DNA of 64,000 nt, taken from an uncultured Gammaproteobacteria bacterium. Its GTDB lineage: Bacteria > Patescibacteriota > Microgenomatia > Levybacterales > UBA12049. Positions 17,200-26,374 of the stretch are shown here, one piece after another. A program made the position numbers and the translations under genes. The DNA lies in NCBI GenBank assembly GCA_964637955.1, contig CAZWXQ010000002.1, positions 71,782 to 135,781 on the forward strand, written 5' to 3'. The notes beneath the pieces were generated by a model. The model had not been told where the DNA came from, did not search any database, and saw only the letters and a list, made by a program, of their open reading frames with translations. The number at the start of each line of letters is the position of its first letter. The stretch's first letter is position 1.

Positions 17200-18861
17200 G
17201 TGAAGAAATTGTTCTTTTTAATTATTTTTATTTTCTCATTTTTTAGCTTCAAGGGTAACGTATTCGCTGAAAAAATTAATTCATACGATGTTGATATAGT
17301 TGCCCATAAAGATGGGAAAATGGATGTTACGGAAAACATTAATTATGACTTTGAAGATTTGGATAGGCATGGGATATTTCGAAACATTCCTCTTTATTCA
17401 AAAGTAGGAGATTTATATAGAATTATTAAAATCGAAAATGTAAAAGTCGAACGTGATGGAAAGAAAGAGAAATTTGAAAATTCTAGCACCCCTGAACAAA
17501 TATCTTTTAAAATTGGAGACGGAGATAAAACAATAACTGGTGCTCACGATTACAAGATTTCATATACTGTAGAAAATGCAATTGGGAGTAATTTCCCAGA
17601 GCATGATGAGATTTATTGGAATGCGACAGGAAATGCATGGAAAGTTCCAATTGAAAAAGCCTCGATTTCTATAAATACAGACTTTGGAGTAAAGCCAAAA
17701 AGCGTGGCATGCTACAGCAGAAATGCAAACTTAAATGCACAGTTTTGCAATTCCACTCCAGATGTTTGGAATCCAATTAAAACAACAAATACGATGTATC
17801 AGGGAGATGGTTTAACTGTCGTTTATGTTTATCCAAAAGGGACATTTCCTCCTACTACTCTTGTTCGGCAGCTTCCAAAAAAATTTGGAGAAAAATTTGG
17901 TAATTTTATTCTTAAACACATAACTTTTATCTATCTATTTATAAACATTTTTATTCCTGCACTTTTATTCCTTTGGTATCATAAAAATAAGAATAAAAAA
18001 AGATTTGGTCGTCCGACTGTCAATTTTGAAATTCCCAAAGATGATAATGGTGAAAGGATAGCCCCTGCTTTGGCTGGAACTATTGATAATGCTAAGCTTG
18101 AACGGGAAGATGTAACAGCGACTATTTTTGACTTGGCAATCAGAAAATACATAAAGCTTGAAGAAGAGGAGACGAAAAGAAAACTACTTCCAGATTCCAA
18201 AGAGCAAAAAATTATAAAACTAAAAGAAGATGATGGGAAATTAAATAATTTTGAGCTGAAATTATTTAATAGACTTTTTAAATCAGGAGATGAGGTAAAA
18301 ACATCAGATCTTCGAAAGGATTTTTATAAAACATATCAGGATATGGAAGATGAGGCTTTTCGTCAGCTTGTTGAAAAGAAATATTTTGTAAGAAATCCAA
18401 AAACCAGAAGAGGATTGCTAATTTTTGCTGGTGTAGCAACTTTATTTTTCGGAAACATTTTTCTCTCTGGAATGCTTTTCTTTTTATCTTATAAATTAAT
18501 TGGTAGAACAGCGGCTGGAGACGAGATAGATTATAAAATTGACGGTCTCAAATTATTTTTAAAATCTATGGATAGGAATTACAAATGGCAAGCAGATAAA
18601 TTTTATACAGTAGAGGCCATGATTCCTTATGCGATGAGTTTGGGTTATATAGATAAATTTATGGAGCAACTAAAGATAATAAAGCCTGATTATAATCCAA
18701 CATGGTATAGCGGATATCACGGGAGTTTTTATGCTTCATATGGAGCTTTTTATTCATCGGTAAGTTCAAATGTAACTACTTCAGCTCCATCCTCATCCTC
18801 TGGTTCTTCGGGAGGTTTTTCCGGAGGTGGCGGTGGTGGCGGTGGTGGCGGAAGCTGGTAA
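17200..18861 (+). CDS. DUF2207 membrane protein
   Basis: Signal peptide, HGIFR, YWNATG..W, TIFDLAIR, PYAMSLG, SGG..GGGGGGSW tail; GTG start inferred 6 nt after TATAAT. Confidence 0.9.
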   Translation: MKKLFFLIIFIFSFFSFKGNVFAEKINSYDVDIVAHKDGKMDVTENINYDFEDLDRHGIFRNIPLYSKVGDLYRIIKIENVKVERDGKKEKFENSSTPEQISFKIGDGDKTITGAHDYKISYTVENAIGSNFPEHDEIYWNATGNAWKVPIEKASISINTDFGVKPKSVACYSRNANLNAQFCNSTPDVWNPIKTTNTMYQGDGLTVVYVYPKGTFPPTTLVRQLPKKFGEKFGNFILKHITFIYLFINIFIPALLFLWYHKNKNKKRFGRPTVNFEIPKDDNGERIAPALAGTIDNAKLEREDVTATIFDLAIRKYIKLEEEETKRKLLPDSKEQKIIKLKEDDGKLNNFELKLFNRLFKSGDEVKTSDLRKDFYKTYQDMEDEAFRQLVEKKYFVRNPKTRRGLLIFAGVATLFFGNIFLSGMLFFLSYKLIGRTAAGDEIDYKIDGLKLFLKSMDRNYKWQADKFYTVEAMIPYAMSLGYIDKFMEQLKIIKPDYNPTWYSGYHGSFYASYGAFYSSVSSNVTTSAPSSSSGSSGGFSGGGGGGGGGGSW

Positions 18862-18904
18862 GTTTTATTTTAATGCTTAGCGGAAAGCATGATATAATTC
18901 CGCA

Positions 18905-19567
18905 ATGGAATTTGAAAATACGAGCTACAGGGTTTTGGACGGTTTTAGTCTAAGTCTGGATCATAATGATATTTATGGAACTGAAAGAGTGGGGGTAATT
19001 TTAACAAATAGATCTCACGATGAAGTAAATTTTCTATTGGGAAATTGGGTGACGCATGAAATCGATGCAAGAATTGGAAAGCACGAGAATCCAGTTAGGG
19101 TTTTGGATTTGGGCGGTGGAATTAAGTCTGAGGCAGCTAAGGGATTTAAAGGTATTTATAAAGATAATATAGATATTACTAACATTGATTTAGCCTTTAT
19201 GGACGAGCCGGTAAGTGAGGTAAATAAGGTTTTGGGAAAAGTAGAAGAGATGCCTTTTTCATCAGATAGTTATGACGTTATTTATTCTTCATTTACTTTT
19301 ATGCATCTTTCCCTTCGTCAGCGACAAGCAGCATTAAAAGAAATAAGTAGAGTGTTGGCCGTTGGTGGAGTAGCTATAATAGATCATGAAGCTACTTATG
19401 ATGGCAAAGACAAGTCCGATCTAGGGCTTGAGGATCTTGCGCTTTTAGACGAGATAGGGATGGATGCATATATCACCCCTATACGCGTTGGGCCTGATTC
19501 TAGGTTAAATAAATATAAGTTGTTATTTATAGAAAAATCGGTTTCATTAGCATTGACAGGAGAATAA
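18905..19567 (+). CDS. Class I SAM-dependent methyltransferase
   Basis: VLDLGGG, EEMPFSSDSYDVI, EISRVLAVGG. Confidence 0.85.
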   Translation: MEFENTSYRVLDGFSLSLDHNDIYGTERVGVILTNRSHDEVNFLLGNWVTHEIDARIGKHENPVRVLDLGGGIKSEAAKGFKGIYKDNIDITNIDLAFMDEPVSEVNKVLGKVEEMPFSSDSYDVIYSSFTFMHLSLRQRQAALKEISRVLAVGGVAIIDHEATYDGKDKSDLGLEDLALLDEIGMDAYITPIRVGPDSRLNKYKLLFIEKSVSLALTGE

Positions 19568-19587
19568 AAGTGGAGTAGATTAAAGTT

Positions 19588-19980
19588 ATGTTTAAAGCAA
19601 GCGGCGCATATACAGGCTTTTCAGTAAAAGATTTAGATGAGGCAAAGAAGTTCTATTCTGAGATTCTAGGTCTAGGAGTAGAAGACGGAGAAATGGGGAT
19701 TACTGTTAAATTGCCAGGTGGCGCAGGAATTTTCGTCTATCCTAAGGAAAATCACGAGCCAGCCACATATACAGTTTTGAATTTTATCGTGGAAGATATA
19801 GATGAGTCTTTAGATGCTCTTGTGGAAAAGGGAGTTAAATTTGAGCAATATAATATGCCTGATTTTGAGCAAGACGAAAAGGGAATTGCCCGCGGACTCG
19901 CAGCAAATATTGGCCCAGACATTGCCTGGTTTAAGGATCCTTCAGGAAATATCTTCTCCATCCTTCAGGAAGAATATTAA
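19588..19980 (+). CDS. VOC/glyoxalase family protein
   Basis: VKDLDEAKKFYSEILGL, LNFIVEDID, AWFKDPSGN; TTGACA-17-TAGATT promoter upstream. Confidence 0.9.
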   Translation: MFKASGAYTGFSVKDLDEAKKFYSEILGLGVEDGEMGITVKLPGGAGIFVYPKENHEPATYTVLNFIVEDIDESLDALVEKGVKFEQYNMPDFEQDEKGIARGLAANIGPDIAWFKDPSGNIFSILQEEY

Positions 19981-20057
19981 TAGCCTTGATTCGAACTAAA
20001 AGGGAAGTAATTGGCCATGGCTTTTTCTGAAAAATATAAAATTAAAATTAAAAATGT

Positions 20058-20777
20058 TTATCTTTCTCCTCCAGGACGGTGGGTAGATTCGCCAGACAAG
20101 CGGGGGATGCCCAGAGGAGCGCGGGCTTCAAGAGCTTCCAGAACAGCTTGATTTACCTCAGCTTTAGGGCCATTTCCATCAATTCTTATTACATTTTCTC
20201 CAAAGCTTGCGATAATTGGAGCTGTTTGTTCATCATAAGTCCTAAGTCTTTTAGGTAATGTCTCTAGATTATCATCGGATCTAGGTTCAAGATTATTGGC
20301 TAGTCTTTCTGCAGTTCTTTTAATCATTCTTTCTTCAATTCTTTCAGGATCTACATCCAGAAAGACATAATCCATTTGAAGTGCTTCGCCAGGAAATCTC
20401 ATATCAAAATATTTAAGCATTTCTTCAGCCTGATCAAAATTTCTTGGAAACCCGGTCGAAATTATAGTAGTTGCACCTTTTTCCAGAGCTTGTTCTACCA
20501 TGAAAGGAAATACACTTTGCATAGGATTATTGAGGTTTATAACAGCTTCGGAGGGAAAGAGTTTGCCTTGATCAAGAAGTGATTGATAAGACTCTAAAAC
20601 TTCATGTAATGGATGATAAGGAGATTGCGCAGATCTTATTCCGTCTCCTGTTGAAATAACAGCAGAGTCGGGGATCAGTTTCTGAAGGAATTCGCCGGCG
20701 GTGTCTTTTCCTGCGCATGGCATTCCTGAAATAGTAATTATTCTATGTTTGGGTTGTGGTGTTGCTATATCTGACAT
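20058..20777 (-). CDS. Adenylate kinase family protein (divergent)
   Basis: GMPCAGKDT P-loop, ISTGDGIR, TGFPRNFDQA, RSDD..RL..Y. Confidence 0.8.
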   Translation of the reverse strand: MSDIATPQPKHRIITISGMPCAGKDTAGEFLQKLIPDSAVISTGDGIRSAQSPYHPLHEVLESYQSLLDQGKLFPSEAVINLNNPMQSVFPFMVEQALEKGATTIISTGFPRNFDQAEEMLKYFDMRFPGEALQMDYVFLDVDPERIEERMIKRTAERLANNLEPRSDDNLETLPKRLRTYDEQTAPIIASFGENVIRIDGNGPKAEVNQAVLEALEARAPLGIPRLSGESTHRPGGER

Positions 20778-20884
20778 ACAAAAAGCAGATTAGAGAAGAT
20801 TATATACCAAATATTTAAAAAAGCAATTCACCGTATTAAAAGTTGATTTTTTTTACTCATTAGGTATAATAGCAGCGCATCATA

Positions 20885-22072
20885 ATGAGAAAAAAGAAAA
20901 TTCTCATATATACTGTCCCTTTTGGTGGACACCTTTTTATCCTCAGAGATTTCGCAAAAAAATATAAAAATAAATTTGAAATAAAAGTAGTAATTACAGG
21001 TTGGGAAAATATTTCTCCAGATTTAAAAGGAATTGAAAAAGAATCAATTGTTTTGTTTGGATCCAAGCTTATGGTAACTGATCCTGGTATTTGGACTTTT
21101 CCTAGGGTAAATGAGCTTTTAGAGGAGTGTTTGAAAATTGCAAAAGACTTTTCGCCGAATATTATTTTATATGACTTTTTGTCCCTGGAAGGATATTTCG
21201 TTGGCCAGATTCTAGATATTCCGACATTTTCTTCAATTCCAGCAATGATAGGTCCAAACTCCAGAAAGAACTATTTGGATAAAAAATTAAGCTACCCAGA
21301 AAATAAAAAATCAATTAAAGATATTGAAAATAAATTTGGAATTTCCATAGATTTATCAAAGATTGAAATGATTTCTGATGGACTGCATATTCCAGGAAAA
21401 AATAATTTAGTTTGGTCATATGAATTCGTTTTGCCTTCAGACTGGAAAAAGAATAGATCAAAAGATAATTATTACTTCATAGGAAATATAAGAGCAAAGA
21501 AGCATGCGAAGGTGAAAAATAAAATTCCAGTAATTTATTTTTCTTTAGGAACTGTAGTGATGGGAAATCTATGGAATCAACAAGAGAATACTCGTGAAGC
21601 TTTAAGAAAATTTATTTATGAAATCTCTGAAAAATGGAAAAATGAAAAAGTAAAAGTAATATTTGTAAGTCAGGGAAAAGAAATATTAAGTAACTATCCT
21701 GATAATTGGAAAGTCTTTAATTTTCTAGATCAAATAAAAACTCTTCAAGAAGCGGACATATTTATAACTCATGCAGGAGGGAATAGTTTTAATGAGGCTC
21801 TTATTCAAAAAGTGCCTATGATATGTATTCCTTTTTTTGGAGATCAGCTTTTAATAGCGAGGCAAGTCGAGAAGCTAGGAATAGGAGTAAATCTTGTGAA
21901 AGACTCTAGGATTGATACAGATAAATCAAAAGACTTTTTAAATGAAGATTTGGTAATAAAGCTTGATAAAGCAGTTTGGAAAATACTGACCTCAAATAAA
22001 TATCAAAAAAACTTTGATAAAATTTCTACTGATCATGAAAATATTGAATGGGTTTTGAATAATCATATTTAA
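20885..22072 (+). CDS. UDP-glycosyltransferase (GT1, MGT/OleD-like)
   Basis: PFGGH, IYFSLGT, Q..L..ADIFITHAGGNSFNEAL...VPMICIPFFGDQ (PSPG-like box). Confidence 0.85.
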   Translation: MRKKKILIYTVPFGGHLFILRDFAKKYKNKFEIKVVITGWENISPDLKGIEKESIVLFGSKLMVTDPGIWTFPRVNELLEECLKIAKDFSPNIILYDFLSLEGYFVGQILDIPTFSSIPAMIGPNSRKNYLDKKLSYPENKKSIKDIENKFGISIDLSKIEMISDGLHIPGKNNLVWSYEFVLPSDWKKNRSKDNYYFIGNIRAKKHAKVKNKIPVIYFSLGTVVMGNLWNQQENTREALRKFIYEISEKWKNEKVKVIFVSQGKEILSNYPDNWKVFNFLDQIKTLQEADIFITHAGGNSFNEALIQKVPMICIPFFGDQLLIARQVEKLGIGVNLVKDSRIDTDKSKDFLNEDLVIKLDKAVWKILTSNKYQKNFDKISTDHENIEWVLNNHI

Positions 22073-22080
22073 TTATTGGT

Positions 22081-23022
22081 ATGAATAGAGAAATAATAAG
22101 CGGAAATAGGGACGAAAAGAGAGAGGTGTTATCAAATATTCATAGTTTTGGTATTGCTGGGGTATTTGATGCAAAACTTTTAAGTGATAAGCCGATTATG
22201 TTTGATGAAAAAGCAAATCTTTTAGGGCAAGCATATTTGCCTGGTTTTTCATATCAAGGTTCTCTTTCGCAAAATGAAGAAGTTTTTAGAATAATTCACA
22301 AAGAATCTAATGATGGATTTTTTCATCAAAGTGATGGTCAGGTTGAAATTCATGAAAATTGGGAAGGAAATTTGCCTTTGGATTTTTATCACCTTCTTTA
22401 TGGTATGAGTAGAAAGGAATTAGTTAATAAAGAATTGTATCCAGTTCATTCAATTTCGATTGGGAATGATGGAGAGCATTTACTTGTAGTTGGTCACTCT
22501 GGATTTGGGAAGACATCAGTGCTATTAAAGATGGTTGGGGAGCATGGAGCAAAAGTATTTTCTACAAATAAAACAGTTGTTTCATTCCAAGACGATGGAC
22601 TTAATGCAGTTTCTGGAACTAAAGCAGTTACGGCAAGAGATATAGTTTTCCAAAGATATTTACCAAATTTTGATGCTGCAAGATATCAAGACAGAGCGGC
22701 TGTTATTTTAACCGATGAAATGTATGAGGACAGTGAAGCTGTATCAATAAAAGGTGTTGTTATAGCTCGGGAAGATAGTGCTGTTTCTGAATTTGATCAG
22801 ATTTCAGGTGCCAGCGCAATGCACAAGCTTTATCCATTTTTTATGGATCAAATGAATGCAGATACCATTCTTTTAGATGGTAGTGCAGTTTTAGATGGAT
22901 CCTTGCCGCCTCAGGCAGGTAGAGATTTAGCTCAAAAATTGTCAAATGTCACAAAAAATATTCCAACATTTGCTATAACTGGATCCGTAGATTTTATAGC
23001 ACAAGCATTATCAAGACTATGA
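22081..23022 (+). CDS. HprK/PEPCK-related P-loop kinase-like protein
   Basis: VHS....LLVVGHSGFGKTS pattern typical of HprK-related kinases. Confidence 0.55.
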   Translation: MNREIISGNRDEKREVLSNIHSFGIAGVFDAKLLSDKPIMFDEKANLLGQAYLPGFSYQGSLSQNEEVFRIIHKESNDGFFHQSDGQVEIHENWEGNLPLDFYHLLYGMSRKELVNKELYPVHSISIGNDGEHLLVVGHSGFGKTSVLLKMVGEHGAKVFSTNKTVVSFQDDGLNAVSGTKAVTARDIVFQRYLPNFDAARYQDRAAVILTDEMYEDSEAVSIKGVVIAREDSAVSEFDQISGASAMHKLYPFFMDQMNADTILLDGSAVLDGSLPPQAGRDLAQKLSNVTKNIPTFAITGSVDFIAQALSRL

Positions 23023-24143
23023 AAACACAAAAAATATTATTTGGCGTAACAGGAATCGGACTAGGACACTCGTGTAGACAAATGCCGCTAATTGATTATT
23101 TTTCAAAAAATTCAACTGTTGTTATTTTTGCGTATGAAAGTAGCTTTGATTTCCTAGCTTTAAGATTTGGAAAAAATAAAAATATTAAAATAAAAAAAGT
23201 GGCAGTGCCTTTTTATGTAGGGAATAAAGATGGATTGGATTTTAAAGCAACAATGATTCATCCAGCAAACAAAAATATAAATTTTCTAGATATTAATTCA
23301 AGAACTATTTCTGAAACAGTTAATTTGATTGGATCCCCAGATTTAGTAATATCTGATTATGAACCAATAAGCGCACAGTATGCGTATATGAAAAATTCTC
23401 CTTTTGTAACCATTGATCAGCAAAGTAAATATTTTGTAGCAAATTTTCCTAAATCTTTAAACGTATTTACTTACAAAGATGAAATTGAAAGATTAAGTAT
23501 GTTTTTCCCAAAAGCGGATCTTAGAATTGCATGTTCATTTTTTAATATTAAGAAGAAGAAATCAAGATTTGACGTTCAAATAGTTCCGCCAGTTATGCGT
23601 GAATCGATTATTAATATGAAAAAAATAAAAGAGAAAGATCGAAAAAATATTCTTGTTTATATCTCTTCTGCCAGGGATTTTCCATTATCAACCCATAAAA
23701 TATTAACGACTTTAGGTGCCATTTTTGATATTAATTTTTATATTTTTCTTTCAAGATCTGATAGAAAAATAAAGTATAAAAGTTGTCCTGAAAATATTTC
23801 CCTTATTAATTTTGGAGAAGAGGGTTTTGAAGAAGTTCTCAAAAAAGCGAATGGAATAATCACTAGCGCAGGACACTCGCTTTTATCAGAAGCGATGTTT
23901 CTTGGAATTCCAGTTTATGTAATCCCTGTTTCTCCGTATGAACAGCATATGAATGCTAAAGTTATAGATGAAAATGAATTTGGAGTTAGTGAAAAAACAA
24001 TTTCAGAAAGCAAAGTTAATTATTTTATAAATAATCTAGATAAGTTTGAAGAAAATATTCTTAAAGATAAAAAACAATTGTTAAAGGGAATAGGTCAAGA
24101 TAAAATTTTAGCTCTTTTGAGGGAAAATTTCGGAATAAAATAA
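23019..24143 (+). CDS. GT-B glycosyltransferase (MJ1255-like)
   Basis: GVTGIGLGHSCR, PDLVISDYEP, IDQQ, ITSAGHSLLSEA, EQHMNA. Confidence 0.85.
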   Translation: MKTQKILFGVTGIGLGHSCRQMPLIDYFSKNSTVVIFAYESSFDFLALRFGKNKNIKIKKVAVPFYVGNKDGLDFKATMIHPANKNINFLDINSRTISETVNLIGSPDLVISDYEPISAQYAYMKNSPFVTIDQQSKYFVANFPKSLNVFTYKDEIERLSMFFPKADLRIACSFFNIKKKKSRFDVQIVPPVMRESIINMKKIKEKDRKNILVYISSARDFPLSTHKILTTLGAIFDINFYIFLSRSDRKIKYKSCPENISLINFGEEGFEEVLKKANGIITSAGHSLLSEAMFLGIPVYVIPVSPYEQHMNAKVIDENEFGVSEKTISESKVNYFINNLDKFEENILKDKKQLLKGIGQDKILALLRENFGIK

Positions 24144-24279
24144 TTACATTTATTTGTTAGTTAGGTATTTTTAGCGGTGATTATTTATGTTGGTCTGAAA
24201 TTCCTGCCGCGTCTGCTGGAGCAAGGGAAAATGGTTTCCTTCAGTGATTTAGGATTTGATTTTAAAAAATGCCATTAAT

Positions 24280-24501
24280 TTAAATTAAAATTTCGAAAAC
24301 TTTAATTTTTGATTTTTGGCCATTCAAAAGAATTATATTTGATCTCGATGTTTTAAAATATTTAGCTAACGAATTTATGATAGCTGCATTTGCACGACCA
24401 TCTATAGGTGGCTCATTTACATAGATATGTAAGGTGTCTAATAGATCTTTTTCAATTCTTATTTTCTTTGCATTAGGATGGGCAATTACATTAATCTTCA
24501 T
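24280..24501 (-). CDS. DUF167/YggU family protein
   Basis: HPNAK, VNEPPIDGRAN, G.KSKIK. Confidence 0.85.
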   Translation of the reverse strand: MKINVIAHPNAKKIRIEKDLLDTLHIYVNEPPIDGRANAAIINSLAKYFKTSRSNIILLNGQKSKIKVFEILI

Positions 24502-24553
24502 AATGTGATTGTAGTAGTATAGCAATTTAAATAAACTTTGTTATAATTGCCGA

Positions 24554-26236
24554 ATGGCTTTACCAGAAATAACTACTGATAATCGTAGGCATAATGTAGA
24601 TAAAATTGCGGCTGGAAATTTTGGCGAACTTCATTCAGCTCCACAACATTGGAATGAATTTCTCGACATTGGAGTGATGCCAGCAAGAGAAAGTTATGAT
24701 CAAATTAAAAAACTCCCAACTTCTGAGTTTTTAACACACATAAATGATATTGCATTTCGTACAGTTGCTTCTCCTGATTATCGAGATCCAGAAACGGGTT
24801 ACATTTCAAGAGATGCATGGAAAAGACTTATTGATGGGGGAATTTTAGCATCAGGATTTGAAGATAGAGATCCCTCTAATAGGCTAGAAGAGATGATGCA
24901 GACTGCAAAAATTCTTTCTTATTATGACATTAATTTAGGATTATCTGCAGGAATTACAGTTGCACTTGCAATCCTTCCAATTAAAAGATTTGGTTCAGTT
25001 GAGCAAAAAGAAAAGTATTTAAATCAGATTAGAGACGGAAAAATGATTGGTCTTGGAATTACAGAGCTTTATAGATCAGGTTCATCAGCTTTGGATATGG
25101 ATTCAAAATACACTATAAATGGAAAAGTGCAGCAGGTTAAGTCTTCAGATGAATTGCAGGACGGAGAAGTAATACTTCTTGAAGAGGGCAAGGAATTAGT
25201 TGAAGTTGAAGGGCAAACTGTAGATTTAAAATTTTCTAAACATCTCCAGGGTTTGTCAGGTCAGGATGGTCTTATAATAGCTGCTGTTCATGATGGCCCA
25301 AGCAAGAAGATAGGGCTATTTATTGTTGATCAGGAAAATATTGACACACAGTTAACCCAAATGGTGGGACTTCATGGAATTCCATATGGCATAAATACTG
25401 GAGATGTGACTTTAAGTGTTAAAGATCATCTAATGCAAGAGCTTCCTAGAAAAAGAATAGTTGATGAATTTGCTGATATGTTTACGAAAAGCCGAATTTT
25501 ATTTCCCAGTATGGTACTTGGCCATTTACTAAGGACAGAAGCTGAGGTTGAAAGTTTTGCTAGCGAGAGGATGATAGGTGAAAATCTTCAAAAAGATATG
25601 GAGGTCCCAAGAGATCAATTGGATTTAATAAGGTCCCGAAGAATAGTATCTGAAGCCATTTTTGATAGACTTGTGAATTTCCGAACAGAAGAGGGGGAAT
25701 CATTATTAACAGCTGATACAACTAAATATATGATGGAAGCAGGTATAGTTAAGGTACTTACTACTGAATATGCAGTCGCCTCTGCAGCTGATAGAGCTGA
25801 GTTAATGGGAGCAGCAGCTTTTTATAAAGGAAGTGGTCTTCAAGATTATAATAATATTTGGCCATTTCAGATTTTTGAGGGTTCGAGGAAGATGCTCAAT
25901 ACTGATATAGGAAGAGACTTTGCAAAAGGCATAAGATTTAGAGATGTAAGAGGAGATTTTTTTGGACAACTAAGTAGTGGAGTAAATATGGAAGAGGGGA
26001 TATTTGAAAGCGTATTGGAGATGAGAAAACGCACTGGCAAATCTGCTCGACATCAACAAGTTCTAGGTCAAATTGCTCAAAGAGCCTTTGCGCTTGAGTG
26101 TCTTGATCCAGAAAAAATAAGTTCTGAGGATTTTCAAAGAGCAAGTAAAATGCTTAATCTTGAAATTCGACATCTTACTCTAGATTTTGATTCGCTTCCT
26201 TTTTCTAATGCTCACGAAAAAGAGCAAGTTTTATAA
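24554..26236 (+). CDS. Acyl-CoA dehydrogenase family protein (divergent, with insertion)
   Basis: FGSVEQKEKYL, GLGITE..SGS, AELMGA, QIFEGS (catalytic Glu position). Confidence 0.75.
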   Translation: MALPEITTDNRRHNVDKIAAGNFGELHSAPQHWNEFLDIGVMPARESYDQIKKLPTSEFLTHINDIAFRTVASPDYRDPETGYISRDAWKRLIDGGILASGFEDRDPSNRLEEMMQTAKILSYYDINLGLSAGITVALAILPIKRFGSVEQKEKYLNQIRDGKMIGLGITELYRSGSSALDMDSKYTINGKVQQVKSSDELQDGEVILLEEGKELVEVEGQTVDLKFSKHLQGLSGQDGLIIAAVHDGPSKKIGLFIVDQENIDTQLTQMVGLHGIPYGINTGDVTLSVKDHLMQELPRKRIVDEFADMFTKSRILFPSMVLGHLLRTEAEVESFASERMIGENLQKDMEVPRDQLDLIRSRRIVSEAIFDRLVNFRTEEGESLLTADTTKYMMEAGIVKVLTTEYAVASAADRAELMGAAAFYKGSGLQDYNNIWPFQIFEGSRKMLNTDIGRDFAKGIRFRDVRGDFFGQLSSGVNMEEGIFESVLEMRKRTGKSARHQQVLGQIAQRAFALECLDPEKISSEDFQRASKMLNLEIRHLTLDFDSLPFSNAHEKEQVL

Positions 26237-26374
26237 AAGCAAAAATATTAGTTGTTGCAAACGTTGTCATGGCAGTCTATATTTAGTTTATTAAATGGCA
26301 TCAGTCATTAGATTTCAATATAAAAACTTTCCATTAAGAAAAATTAAATCCTCTTATTTAGAGAAAGAAAATTC

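Noticed and set aside
18790-18858. GGCGGT/GGTGGC tandem repeat
   Set aside because: Encodes the normal Gly-rich tail of DUF2207 proteins
24165-24278. Short open frame (..LAVIIYVGLKFLPRLLEQGKMV..) after the GT operon
   Set aside because: No convincing start or RBS; at most a gene remnant
26237-26374. Possible purine or ZTP riboswitch upstream of purL
   Set aside because: No recognisable aptamer consensus; only a weak CTCT/AGAG hairpin in AT-rich sequence
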